From the NCBI RefSeq assembly GCF_018350175.1, contig NC_058368.1, forward strand, positions 83,826,001 through 83,890,000: a stretch of 64,000 nt of DNA, given 5' to 3'. The first letter of the stretch is position 1, and every line of letters begins with the position of its first letter. The position numbers and the translations under genes were made by a program. This document shows, in pieces, positions 35,260-46,855 of the stretch. Under the pieces are notes generated by a model, which saw only the letters and a program-made list of their open reading frames with translations, was not told the DNA's origin and made no database searches. This stretch comes from Felis catus (lineage: Eukaryota).

Positions 35260-38200
35260 GTTCCAGTTTAAGATGGAAATGTAGGAAGAGTCTGAACCCA
35301 CGTCCTCCAGGGAGCACATCAAATTACACCTATTAATAGAAAAATTTCTCCTGAAGAAAAACTTGGGCCTGACTGAACAGCTATTGAACAATCAAAAAAC
35401 AGAACCTGAAGAGAATAGCAAGAGAAATGGAGACATAGTAACAAAGGAAAATCCCACCCCCAAAGCTGTGACCAGCAATGTGGAGGGACAGAACTGAGGG
35501 ACCAGGAACAGATCCTGTAATTGGGCACAGAAAAGAAGCAACTAACATATAAAAGAGACAACAGTAGAACACTGCCAAGTGGTGGAAAAACTGTGGGAAA
35601 GCTCTCCAGGTCAAAGGGAGTGGAGAACAATGCAGTTTACACACCTCACCTTAAGAGTCTAGACTAGAGCAGGGTCCAGACACCATAATGGGAAGGTCAG
35701 GATAACTTAGTGAGTGTGTGACTTCAGCATACCCAGTGTCCACAAACCCACACAAACCAAGAAGTACTGGGACACAGAATAAAAAAACAAACAAAAACAA
35801 GCATAATTTAAAAAGGGAGAGGAACTGTGAGAACCCTCTCTCCCCTTCCACCTTGAAAGCACAGTCTGGAGCAAAGTCCAGCTGATTGTGAGTTTGCAAC
35901 CTCAGCAAGACTAAGGACCACAAGCCCATGCTGGCCACTCTGTGATGTTGGGGCACAGAGAACAAGTTACATATTTGCACTTTTAAAAATTGTTACTGCT
36001 TTATTTTATTTTATTTACTTTTTAAAATTTGTCTTCTCTTTGCTTTTTTTTTCTTTTTGGTTTTGTTATTTTCTTTCCAGTTCTCCTTTCTTTCAAGTTT
36101 TCCTTCTTTCTTTCTTCTTCCTTACTTTGTGTCCTTTTTTCTTTCTTTTTGAATGTTTCCTTCATTTTCTTTATCAGTTTTCTTCTTTTTAATTTACCAT
36201 TTTTTTCTTGATCTCTCTGTAAAAAGCTATGGTTTAAAAGAGTAACTAACATATACAGCCACAACTCCAGCCAGCCAGCACAAGTCACCAACCACACATA
36301 GTTTGCAAAGGGGATCATATACACAAGACCACTCTTTCAACTTTAGAGATAAATATTTCACCTAATCCATAGGGCAACAAACACAGAGAGTCAAACAAAG
36401 TAGGAGTCAAACAAAGTAGGAGCACAAGAATGTGCTCCAAAAGAAAGAACAAGAAAAAGACTCAGAAAAAGAATTAAATGAAGCAGAGATAAGCAATATA
36501 CCTGATAAAGAATTTAAAATAATGATCATAAAGATTGGAGAAAACAATGGAACAACTCAGTGAGAATTTTAATAAAGAGAAGGAAAATATTTAAAAGAAC
36601 CAATCAGAACTGAAGAATGAAATAACTGAAATAAAAAATACACTGGCAGAAAATCAATAGATTAGAAGATGCAGAAAGTATCAGTAATCTGGATGACAGG
36701 GTAATGGAAAGTACACAATTTGAACAGTGTAAAGAGAAAAGAATTTAACAAAATGAGGGGAGTTTAAGAGATCATTTGGACAACATCAAGTGAACATTCA
36801 CATTATAAGAGCCACAGAAGAAGAGAGAGAGAGTGAAAAGTATAGAAAACCTTTTAAAGAAATAATCAGTGAAAAGTTCCTTAACATAAGGAGGAAAATA
36901 GACATTCAAGTCCAATAGGCACAGAGACTTCCAAATAAAATAAACACAAGGAAGTCCACACAACAGCACATAGTAATGGAAATGTCAAAGGTTAAATACA
37001 AAGAGAATCTTAAAGCAGCACAAGAGAAACAAAAAGCTACCTACAAGGGAAAACTTATTAGACTACCAGCTGATTATTTATTACAAACTTTGCAAGACAG
37101 AAGAGTGTGGTATGTTATACTCAAAGTGCTGAAAGGAAAAAGAAAACAACTTACAAAGAAGTATATTCTACCCAGCAATGTTATAATTCAGATTTGAAGG
37201 AAAGATATAGAGTTTGCAAATAAAAAAAGGTAAAGGTGTTTATCACCACTAAGAAAGACTTAAAAGAAATGTTAAAAGGTTTTCATTAAATGGAAAATAA
37301 ATGGCCATAATTAAACATTAGAAAAATATGAATAAAAAGATATAAAATATGTCTACATATACATAAAATGCTAAGCAGGGAATAACAAGGAATGAGAAGT
37401 GAAAATTTCCTTTTTCTCTTTTTTTTTCTAGAATGTGTTTGAACTTAAATAGCCATAAAATTACTATGGACTGATAGTTATTTAGGACATTATATATCAA
37501 TCACATGGTAAGCATAAATACAAAACTTATGACACAAAAAATAAAAGGAAAAATAGTATAGAAAATCATCAATCACAAAGAAATAGAACAAGAAAAGAAA
37601 AAAAGAACAAAGAAGAATTACAAAATCAACCAGAAAAAAAATTTTAATGGCAATAAGTACAATGATTGCATTAAATGTAAATGACCTACACGATCTCACA
37701 GTCGGTGAGTTCGAGCCCCGCGTTGGGCTCTGGGCTGATGGCTCGGAGCCTGGAGCCTGCTTCTGATTAAAATGTAAATGACCTAAATGCTCCAATCAAA
37801 AGACATAGAGTGGCAAAATGAATTAAATCGAAGAATGAGGCCCATCTATATACTGCCTATAGGAGATTCATCTCAGACCTAAAGACACTACAGACTGAAA
37901 GTGAAAGGATGGAAAAACATTCATCATGCGAATGGAAGTGGTGGAAAAGAAAAAGCCAGGGTAGCAATACTTATATCACATAAAGTAGACTTTTAAATGA
38001 AAACTGTAACAAGAGACAAAGAAGGATATTACATAAGATCAATCAAACAAAAGGATATAATAATTGTAAATATCTATGTACCCAAAATTGAAGCACCTAA
38101 GTACATAAAAGCAAATATTAACAAACATACATAGACAAAGTGATCGTGATACATTAATAGTAAGGTAATTTAACACTTTACTTAAAACAATGGATAGATC

Positions 38201-39523
38201 ATCCAGGCAGAAAATCAATAAGAAAGTAATGTGTTTTGATGACACATTGGGCCAGATGGGCATAGCAGATATACAGAACATTTTATCCAACACTAAAAGA
38301 ATACACACTCTTTTCAAATACCCATGGAATATTCTACAGAATTATCACATATTAAGCCATAAAACAAGCCTCAATAAAATTAAGACAATTGAAATCAAAC
38401 CATGCATTTTTCCAACCACAATGCTAGGAAACTAGAAATAAATTACAAGAAAAAAAAACTGGGAAAAAGACCCACAAATGTAGAAGATAAACAACATGAT
38501 ATCAAAAAAAAAATAATAATGGGACAGAGGATCAATGAAAGAAGAAATAAAAAAATACATTGAAACAAATAAAAAAATAATGTTTCAAAATCTGAGGCAC
38601 AGGTAAAGCCATTAAAGATCAGAAGTATATAACAATATAGGCCTATTTCAAAAAATCAACTAAACAATCCTTTATCTTACACATAAAGGAACTAGAAAAA
38701 TAGACAAAAACAAATCCCAAGGTGAGTAGAAGAAAGGAAATAATGAGTATTAGAGAAAAATAAATGCTTTAAAGACTAAAGAAAAAATAGAAAAAATCAT
38801 TGGAACCAACAGTATGCTCTACAAAAAGATTAAAACTTTAAAGTTTATCTAAAAACCCTTACCCGGATTCATCAAGGGAAAAAAGGACCCAAACAAATAA
38901 TATCAAAATTAGAGAGGAGTAATAAAAACTGATACCACATAAATAACAAAGAGTTATAATACTATGCAGAAATATATTCCAACAACCTGGACAACCTATA
39001 AAAAATAGACAAATTCCTAGAAACATACCTAGAAACATTCCAATACTGAACCAAGAAAGAATAGAAATTCTTAATAGACTGATTAAAAGTAAAGAAATTG
39101 AATTGGTAATCAAAAACTATAAAAAATAAATGCCCAGGAGCAGATGAACTCAAAAGTGAATTCTCCAGACATTTAAAGAGAAGTTAATACCTATTCTTCT
39201 GAAAATATTCCAAAAAAATATATAAGAGGAAAGAATGTTTCCAAATATATTCTGGAAGGTCAACATAATTCCAATACCAAAACTAGGCACCACACAAACA
39301 CAAAACCTACAGGCCAATTACCCTGATGAATATAGACTAAAAAATCCACAACAAAATATTAGTAAACCACATGCAGTAATACATTTAAAAGCCCACTCAT
39401 CATGATAAGGTGGGATTTATTCCTGGGATGCAAGGGTGGTTCAATGTTCACAAATCAATCATTATACACCATGAAAACAAAATGAAGAATAAAAATAATA
39501 TGATAAATAGATGCAGAAAAAAA
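35260..39523 (+). mobile_element. L1 with 5'UTR, decayed ORF1 and ORF2, broken in the RT domain
   Basis: 5' motif AAGATGG..GTAGGAAGA at ~35270; ORF1 remnant 36976..37197; endonuclease remnant 38190..38435 (MDRSSRQKINK); stops at the IDAEK-encoding ATAGATGCAGAAAAA. Confidence 0.88.
37689..37769 (+). mobile_element. 81-bp internal Can-SINE fragment without head or tail, flanked by a TSD
   Basis: CACGATCTC..GTTCGAGCCCCGCG..GGAGCCTGCTTCTGATT; perfect repeat AAATGTAAATGACCTA at 37673-37688 and 37770-37785. Confidence 0.92.
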
Positions 39524-39635
39524 ATGGTTTCTGTCACACAAGTGACACCAGAAAAGCAGAGATGGTATTGGTCATAGGCAAGGATGGGGGGTGGGGTGGG
39601 GGAAGTGGTCAGAAGGCAGTGGGACATGGTGGACC

Positions 39636-40020
39636 AGTGTTTATCTTACTTCCCTGGGGAGAGAGGTTCTTAATGGCAACATGGGTTGTGTCCAGCTTGT
39701 GATGATGTCCAGATTGTGATAGTGTGTTAGTGTGAGTCAGCCTCATCATCAGGCTGCAGGTCAGGGTTGATCAAACCAGAAGCAGTGGAATTGGCCTGCG
39801 ACCCTGAAGGTACATCACTGCTGTCCTAGGTCACAAACTTAAGGGATCTGCCTGGGAGACCTTGATACCAGTTGCAATGGTAACCTCCACTGTGCCTGTT
39901 ACACTCTGTGTGACAAAAGGTGACCTTCTCTTTAGAATCTTATTGAGAATTTCAGAGGGAGTGTTGTTGCACATATTAAGGAGTTTCTGATACTCCACAA
40001 CCATGCCTGACACCCTGGGT
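39636..40020 (-). pseudogene. Immunoglobulin lambda variable-like (IGLV) pseudogene fragment
   Basis: Minus frame 39930->39727 translates EKVTFCHTECNRHSGGYHCNWYQGLPGRSLKFVT*DSSDVPSG...LINPDLQPDDEADSH*. This matches the IGLV pattern QKVTISC-13aa-WYQQLPGxAPKLLIY-7aa-G...LTITGLQxEDEADYYC. Both canonical Cys are lost and two stops are present. Confidence 0.8.
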
Positions 40021-40212
40021 GCTTAAAAGCCCCTACAGGGCAGAAGAGGAGAAGAGGAAAATCTCAAATCATTACCTAACCATACACCTAAAGGGCTACA
40101 AAACAACAGCAAATGAAACTTAATGCCAGAATAAGAGGGGGAATAATAAAGATTAGGGAAGAAATAAATGATGTAGGAATAAACAACAGCAACAACAACA
40201 ACAAAACAATAG

Positions 40213-40302
40213 TGGAGCACCTGGGTGGCTCAGTTAGTTAAGCATCTGACTCTTGATGTCAGCTCAGGTCATGATCTCACGGTTCATAGGATCAAGATCA
40301 AG
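40213..40302 (+). mobile_element. Can-SINE 5' half
   Basis: GGAGCACCTGGGTGGCTCAG..GGTTCATAGGATCAAG, then abrupt loss of similarity. Confidence 0.88.
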
Positions 40303-40683
40303 CACAGTGTAATTATCCTTTTTAGTGGAGTCTTTGGTTTTGGAATCAAGGTAATTCTGGCCTCGTAGACTGAGTTTGGAAGTTTTCCAGACATCTCTAT
40401 TTTATGGAATAGTTTGAGAAGAATAGGCATTAACTGTTCTTTAAAATTTTGGTACAATTCTCCTGTGCAGTCGTCTGGCCCTGGACTTTTGTTAGTTGGA
40501 GAGTTTTGGTTACTGATTGAATTTTTTTGCTGGTTATCAGTCTGTTAAAATTTTCTATTTTTTCCCGCTTCAGTTATTGTTATTTGTATATTTCTAGGAA
40601 TGTACCCATTTTTTCCAGATTTCCCACTTTGTTGGCATATATATATATATATATTTTTTTTTAATAAAATTCTAATTGTATTT

Positions 40684-40890
40684 GGGGCATCTGGGTGGCT
40701 CAGTCGGTTAAGTGTCTGCCTTCAGCTCAGGTCATGATCTCACAGTTTGTGAGTTCGAGCCCCACGTCAAGCTCTGTGCTGACAGCTCAGAACCTGGAGC
40801 CTCCTTTGGATTCTGTGTCTCCCTCTCTCTCTGCCCTCCCCTGCTCATTCTCTGTCTCTCTCTGTCTCAAAAATAAATAAAAACATTTAA
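40684..40890 (+). mobile_element. Can-SINE
   Basis: TSD AAAATTCTAATTGTATTT at 40666-40683 and 40891-40908. Confidence 0.95.
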
Positions 40891-41059
40891 AAAATTCTAA
40901 TTGTATTTCTGTGGTGTTGAATTTGATTGTACCTGTCATTCATGATGTTATATATTTGTTACTCTTTTCTTTTGGTTAGTCTGGCTAGGGGGTTATCAAT
41001 TTTATTAATTATTTTAGAGAACCCATTCTTAGTTTCATTACTGTATTCTATTTTTGGTC

Positions 41060-41188
41060 TAAATATTTATTTATTTTGACAGAGGGAGAGAGCGTGCGCG
41101 CACATGAGTGGGGAAGGGGCAGACAGAGAGGGAGAGAGATAATACCAAGCAGGCTCCAGACTGTAACACAGAGCCCAATTAGGGGCTG
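41060..41188 (-). mobile_element. Can-SINE 3' half
   Basis: Minus strand AGCCCCTAATTGGGCTCTGTG..CT tract..AAAATAAATAAATATTTA; no head. Confidence 0.85.
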
Positions 41189-42449
41189 TGTGTTAACTAA
41201 CTAGAACTTAAATAAGATTTTTTAAAAAATATATACCATGATACTGGCGCAAAAGTAGACACACAGATCAATGGAACAGAATAGAAAACCCAGAAATGGA
41301 CCCACAACTATAGATCAACTGATCTTTAACAAAGCAAGAAAGAATATCCAATGGAAAAAAGAAAGTCTCTGAAAAAAATGGTGTTTGGAAAACTAGACAG
41401 AAAATTGCAAAAGAATAAAACTGGAGCACTTACTTACACCATGAACATAAATATATTCAAAATGAATGAAAGACCTGAAGTTGAGAGAGGAAACTATGAA
41501 AATCCTAGAGAAGAAAATGGGCAGTAAACTCTTTGAACTCAGTCATAACAACTTACTAGTTGTTGCCAGAGGCAAGAGAAACATGTTGCCAGAGGCAAGG
41601 GAAACAAAAGGGAAAACTAGACATGTTGCCAAAGGCAAGGGAAACAAAAGCAAAACTAACTATTGGGACTTCACCAAGGTGAAAAGCTTCTGTACAGGTA
41701 AGGAAACAATCAAGAAAACTAAAAGGCAACCTTTGGAAAGGTAGAAGATATTTGCAAATGATATATCTGATAAAGGGTTAGTATCCAAAATCTATAAAGA
41801 ACTTACCAAGTCAACACCCAAAAAAGAAATAATCCAGTGAAGAAATGGGGAGCCTACCTGAATAGACACATGCACTCCTTTGTTTCTGGCAGCATTTTCA
41901 GCAATAGCCGAATTATGAAAACAGCCCAAATATCCATCAGATATAGATATAGATCTATATATAGATATCTATAGATATATAGATATATATACAATAGTGT
42001 CAGCCATAAAAAAAAAATGAGATTTTGCCATGTTCAAGACACAGATGGAGCTAGAGTGTATATGCTAAGTGAAATAAGTCATTCAGAGAAAGAAATTTAC
42101 TATATGATTTAAACTCATGTGTGGAATTTAAGAACCAAAATAGATGAAAATGGCAGCAAGAAAAAAAAGGAGAGAGCAAGGTAAACCATAAAAGAGACTC
42201 AACTATACAGAACAAACTGAAGGTTTCTTGAGGAGAGGTGGACAGGGGGATGGGCTAAATTGGTGATGGGTGTTAAGGAGGGCACTTGTGATAAACACTG
42301 CATAATTATATAAACACATCATATGTAAGTGATGAGTCAAAAAATTTTATTCCTGGAACTAATATTACACTATGTGGTAACTAAGTAGAACAAAATTAAA
42401 TACAAACTTTATAAAAGAAAAAAAAACAAAAAAGTTAAATAAATTTTAA

Positions 42450-42900
42450 AACATAAAAAAGGACATCTTGCCATTTGTGGGTACAAGGATAAGTCTACAG
42501 GACATTAGGCTAAGTGAAATAAGTCTGATTGAGAAAGACAACCACTATGGGTTTAAGTAATATGTGGAATCTAAAAGCACAATTTAATAATAATAATAAT
42601 AAAAAGCAGAAAAAGAACTATACAAAGAACAAAACAGTGGTCTCCAGAGGCCAGAGGGGTATAATGACGGGCAAAATGGATGAAAGGGAAAGAGAGATAC
42701 TGTCTTCCAGTTTGAAATGAATAAGTCACAGTAATAAAAGGCAGGGCATAAGGAATATTGTCCATGATATTTAAATACTGTTGTATGGTGACAGATGATA
42801 GCTACAGTTGTGGTGACAATAGCATAACTTCTATACTTGTCAAAGCACTATTCTGTACACCAAAAACTAACGTAATGTTGAATGTTGTAAAATAGGTTTT
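42450..42900 (+). mobile_element. Older L1 3' end
   Basis: GCTAAGTGAAATAAGTC, ATGTGGAATCTAAAA, GAATAAGTCACAG, TGTATGGTGACAGATG and TGTACACC landmarks. Confidence 0.8.
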
Positions 42901-43859
42901 TTAAATACTATTTGAAAAAAGGTTAAATAAATCTATAAACTAGTTAGCTCAGTATCTATAGTACTCATTAGTACTGTACTTAGTACACAGTAAACCTCAA
43001 TAAATGAAAAAGCTAGATACATATTCATTCACATACTCACATACATGTATTTGTATAAATATGTACATATATGCATACAATGTTGGCAAGTTAATTACTC
43101 ATCTAACAATTCTGTCCTGCTTATAGAGTATTATTTAGCATTCACAAATGAAACTAGTAAGCATTTTATAAGTCAGCCTGAATTTTACACCTTGTGATCA
43201 ATCTAGGGAACCACTGTTATCCAGATATCTTCTGCTCAAAGCCTAAGGTTATGTTCTTAAAGTTTAACCAGTGAAATTAATTGTTACCTGGACAATTCAG
43301 AACTTTGCTTAAGATGTTAACTGAAATTTATCATTATCTCTACTATGCACACGTGTGACAGACATATTTTCACGACTCAGATTTGGAACCTGTAATCTAT
43401 CAATAACTTATTATACCAAGCAACTGGAACTTCCTTGGAGGCTAACATCTATATAGAGGGAATATCCAATCCTTCTACAACTATGCAAAACAAACATCTG
43501 TGGTTACAATATGATATCAATAATACCTTATTTTATCTTTTATATTGCAACTTTATGGCATGTATGCATACAGCATTTAAAAATTATACTGTAATTAAGG
43601 TATAATTATTCACACGGGAAATCATTTGAAAATAATGTGTCACATCTATCTTCTCTTAGAAAATGTACAGTATCCATGAGTGAATTGGAGTATAAGTAAA
43701 TTGGTTTTCTCTGGAACTTGGTATCACCAAGTTTTCAGTCTAGAGTAAAGATGACAGAACTAACTTTAATGAAAATCACTATTTTTCACAATAGAAAGGC
43801 CCAGTCACTCAAGTAACTCTGAGTTCATGCATATTAGCAAATATCAATTTGGATATTAC

Positions 43860-44170
43860 TACCTAATGGCCTCAAACAAAATATTTAACCTGTTGGTGCC
43901 TTAGTTTCCTTCTCTGTAAGAAGGACATAATAAAAATAGGTGCCTTATAGTCAACAATCGTATAATGTACACTTGAAAGTTTGTTAATAGGTTGATATCA
44001 TGATAGGTGTTCCTATATGAAATAAATAAATAAATTTATATTCCAAAAAATAAATTTAACAACCACCTCCACCAAAACAAAAATATTATCTTCCTTGATA
44101 AGTTTAAGAGATTTAAATAAGTTTATATGTGATATCGTTAGAACAGTGACTTACACATAGTGTAAAATAA
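43860..44170 (+). mobile_element. MIR remnant interrupted by a short old L1 3' end (~43945-44050)
   Basis: MIR core-like ATTTAACCTGTTGGTGCCTTAGTTTCCTTCTCTGTAA and later GTTAGAACAGTGACTTACACATAGT. Confidence 0.55.
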
Positions 44171-45624
44171 ATAACTAAATAAAATAAGCCATAAAAAATA
44201 AAAAGCAGAAAATTTGTAGAGAATAATGCAAGCTTCCCCGCCTAATCCATGTTGGTTTGCTACTAAATTTGGTAATAATTTCAATCACAGTTCTTCATGT
44301 CCTTTGGAAGGTACAGAAAACTTAGAGTAAAAATAATTTGACCAGATGCTGGTGGAATCACGAGAAACAAACAAGAACATATTTTGAAGTTTGTGCATTT
44401 TAAACTACTTCAGTGCACAGCTGCTTTATGTAGCAATGTAGGCAAGTGCATGTGAGTGCCAAGAAACTCTTCTATTTGTTGTTTACACTCTAAATGAAAA
44501 ACAATTTGGAGCAGCAAATATTCCTTTATGGCTAGTAATTCTGAGTATCAAGTACTATGTATAATTTGACTAAGATTTTCAAACTGCATACTTCTTATAA
44601 ATCCTTATTAGTATCAGATATAAAAAATTATATTTTAATATTTTATTTAAAAAACAATTCATCATTCTAAAACATTTGCATCTGTTGTTTTTTTTTTCCA
44701 CTTGAGATAAAGTAAAAATTATTCTTTGAAAAAGTATGTTTCTATAACACATTTGTTTTGTTTAGCTCCATCTTGGTTCACATGTTCACAGTGTTTTAAC
44801 TGGAACCATCAAATGTGTGTGTCATTATGATATAACAAATTGAGGGATGATGTACACAGTACTCAATTATTTTGTAAGTTAAAGAGTATACATATTTCAT
44901 GTATTTCATTAGACTGAAAAAAAAGAGTGTAAACTAATTTTCCAACATTACTTCCCCAAATACTGCAAGATCCTTATTTTATATCCATGAAGGTATTGAT
45001 TGTGTCAAGAGAAAAAGGAAATCTCCACTTTTGAAAGCACCTAATTCACAAGTTGTCACAGCTAATTGGAAACTGGTATGCAAGCAATCAAATTTGTGGT
45101 TTTCAGGAACAGATTCAACAAAGCCCTGCTTATCCCCTAAAGCCTCTAATTCCACTTAGAATCATCCATTCCACTTAGATCAACACTATTAAGCTCATCG
45201 TCCTCACACACCTGGTCTCCATATTTCCTGTATTTCTCCTCTCCAATTCATTCTCTGATTTAACTTTTGAAAAATCCAACTCTCATCATTTTCTGATAAT
45301 TTGTGAATACCTGGGTCACAAAAGGGCAAGAACTGAGGCTATTAATTGAACCCAGAAAGGAGGTGTCATTGGAACATTTCTCTCCTGCTTGGTCAACCAT
45401 CTGAACTTTGCTTATAATGTTCCTTTTCTGTGACATCATGTCCTTGAGCAAGACCCGTGGTTCCAGCCTCCTGTAGTCATATGAAGGTAATAGCTAGTCA
45501 TCATTCAACACTGAACTCTAGGGTCTTTTTCAGCCTCTTTGGCCAAACTCATAAGTCGTAGGTAGAAGTAGTGTGTTCATATGAGTTGTACCCTTTCCTT
45601 ATATGCCTCAAAAAATTTTATGTT

Positions 45625-45832
45625 GGGGCGCCTGGGTGGCTCTGTTGGTTAAGTGTCTGACTTCAGCTCAGGTCATGATCTCACAGTTTGTGAGTTCAAG
45701 CCCCATGTCGGGCTCTGTGCTGACAGCTCATAGCCTGGCACCTGCTTCAGATTCTGTGTCTCCCTCTCTCTCTGACCCTCCTCTGCTCACACTCTGCTCT
45801 CTCTCCCTCAAAAATAAATAAAAATTTAAAAA
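45625..45832 (+). mobile_element. Can-SINE
   Basis: GGGGCGCCTGGGTGGCTC head, body, CT tract, AATAAA tail. Confidence 0.94.
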
Positions 45833-46855
45833 TATTTTTAAAATATGTATTTTTTTATTTTTTATTACAACTATTGACACAAACTGCACTTATGGATCAA
45901 ATTCCTTAGGGACAGCAGATATTTGTTATTTATATGTGAAATACACTTGGCTACTAGTTATTTTTTATTATAAAATAGCATAAGATGTGTTTTTTAATAA
46001 ATGAAGGATTGAATGTTTCATGGGCTTTCTCTGCTTGTTTGAATAAGAAGTTACATACTTCAGGTGTCAGCTCTGATATTACCTTATGCTGGAGAGCTTC
46101 CCTAAGCCCTTCTTCTTGGTGTTAATAATTTTTTCCCACAATCCCTTCTACCCCAATGTATTAATGATTTCAGAGAGGTAAAAGGCATTAAATATCTTCA
46201 TATTTGGAACCTAAAGAACAAAACTTCCCTAATTAAATGCAGGCCAAGAAATTGATTGTTGCAGTAATGACCAGCCATGATAACATGAGCATGATTTCCA
46301 AGATTTATCACTTACACAGCCACCATGCACCAAGGACAACTTTTGAAACAGACAAAAGCCTGATAGTTTATGTTTTATTATTAAGTAATTTTTAAGTTAC
46401 AGAAAATTAATATGAATAATAGTAATAGTACACTTATTATGAATTTTAATAATAGTACAATAAACAACATAACTTTTGCTTAGATTCTCTTAACATTACA
46501 CCCCATTTGGTTTAGCACCTCTCTCTCTATCTCTCTCTTTCTCACCAGTTCTACATATTATGGTCTTTGTTTCTAAATATTTTATTATATATTTCATAAG
46601 AATATGAGCATTTCCCACAGAGTCACAGTGCAGTTATCAACTTCAGAAAAATATAACATGTATACAATACCATTGTGCAAATATTTTGAATGCAGAAATG
46701 TAAAAATGAAGAGCTTTCTGGTACAGGGAAACAATTCCTGTGAAAGGGATAAATGACAACAAATCATGCTATAATAATCTGAGGAATAACATTGGCATAG
46801 GATCCTACAGTTTTAATTTGTAGAGTGCAGGAAAAAACATTAGTACAAATATTTC

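Larger units (their letters stand above)
40040..42430 (+). mobile_element. Rearranged L1 ORF2/3' end: sense 40040-40212, inverted ~40305-41055, sense 41230-42430
   Basis: ORF2 landmarks; ORF 41466..41744 (WDFTKVKSFCTGKETIKKTKRQP); 3'UTR ends in an A-rich tail at ~42410-42430. Confidence 0.82.

Noticed and set aside
36388..36419. 16-bp tandem duplications (also 1176-1207 and ~39015-39036)
   Set aside because: Ordinary slippage duplications inside dead L1s.
39831..40013. 60-aa ORF MSGMVVEYQKLL.. as a processed pseudogene
   Set aside because: An alternative frame over the IGLV-like segment; the informative frame contains stops and is not in the track.
40303..40309. Perfect RSS heptamer CACAGTG at the inversion breakpoint
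   Set aside because: No nonamer at 12 or 23 nt, wrong position and strand relative to the V segment, and 7-mers recur by chance (e.g. 1675, 46624); RAG involvement is unsupported.
41938..41992. Quasi-palindromic (AGATAT/ATAT) tract
   Set aside because: A low-complexity AT microsatellite at a position where L1 copies commonly grow simple repeats.
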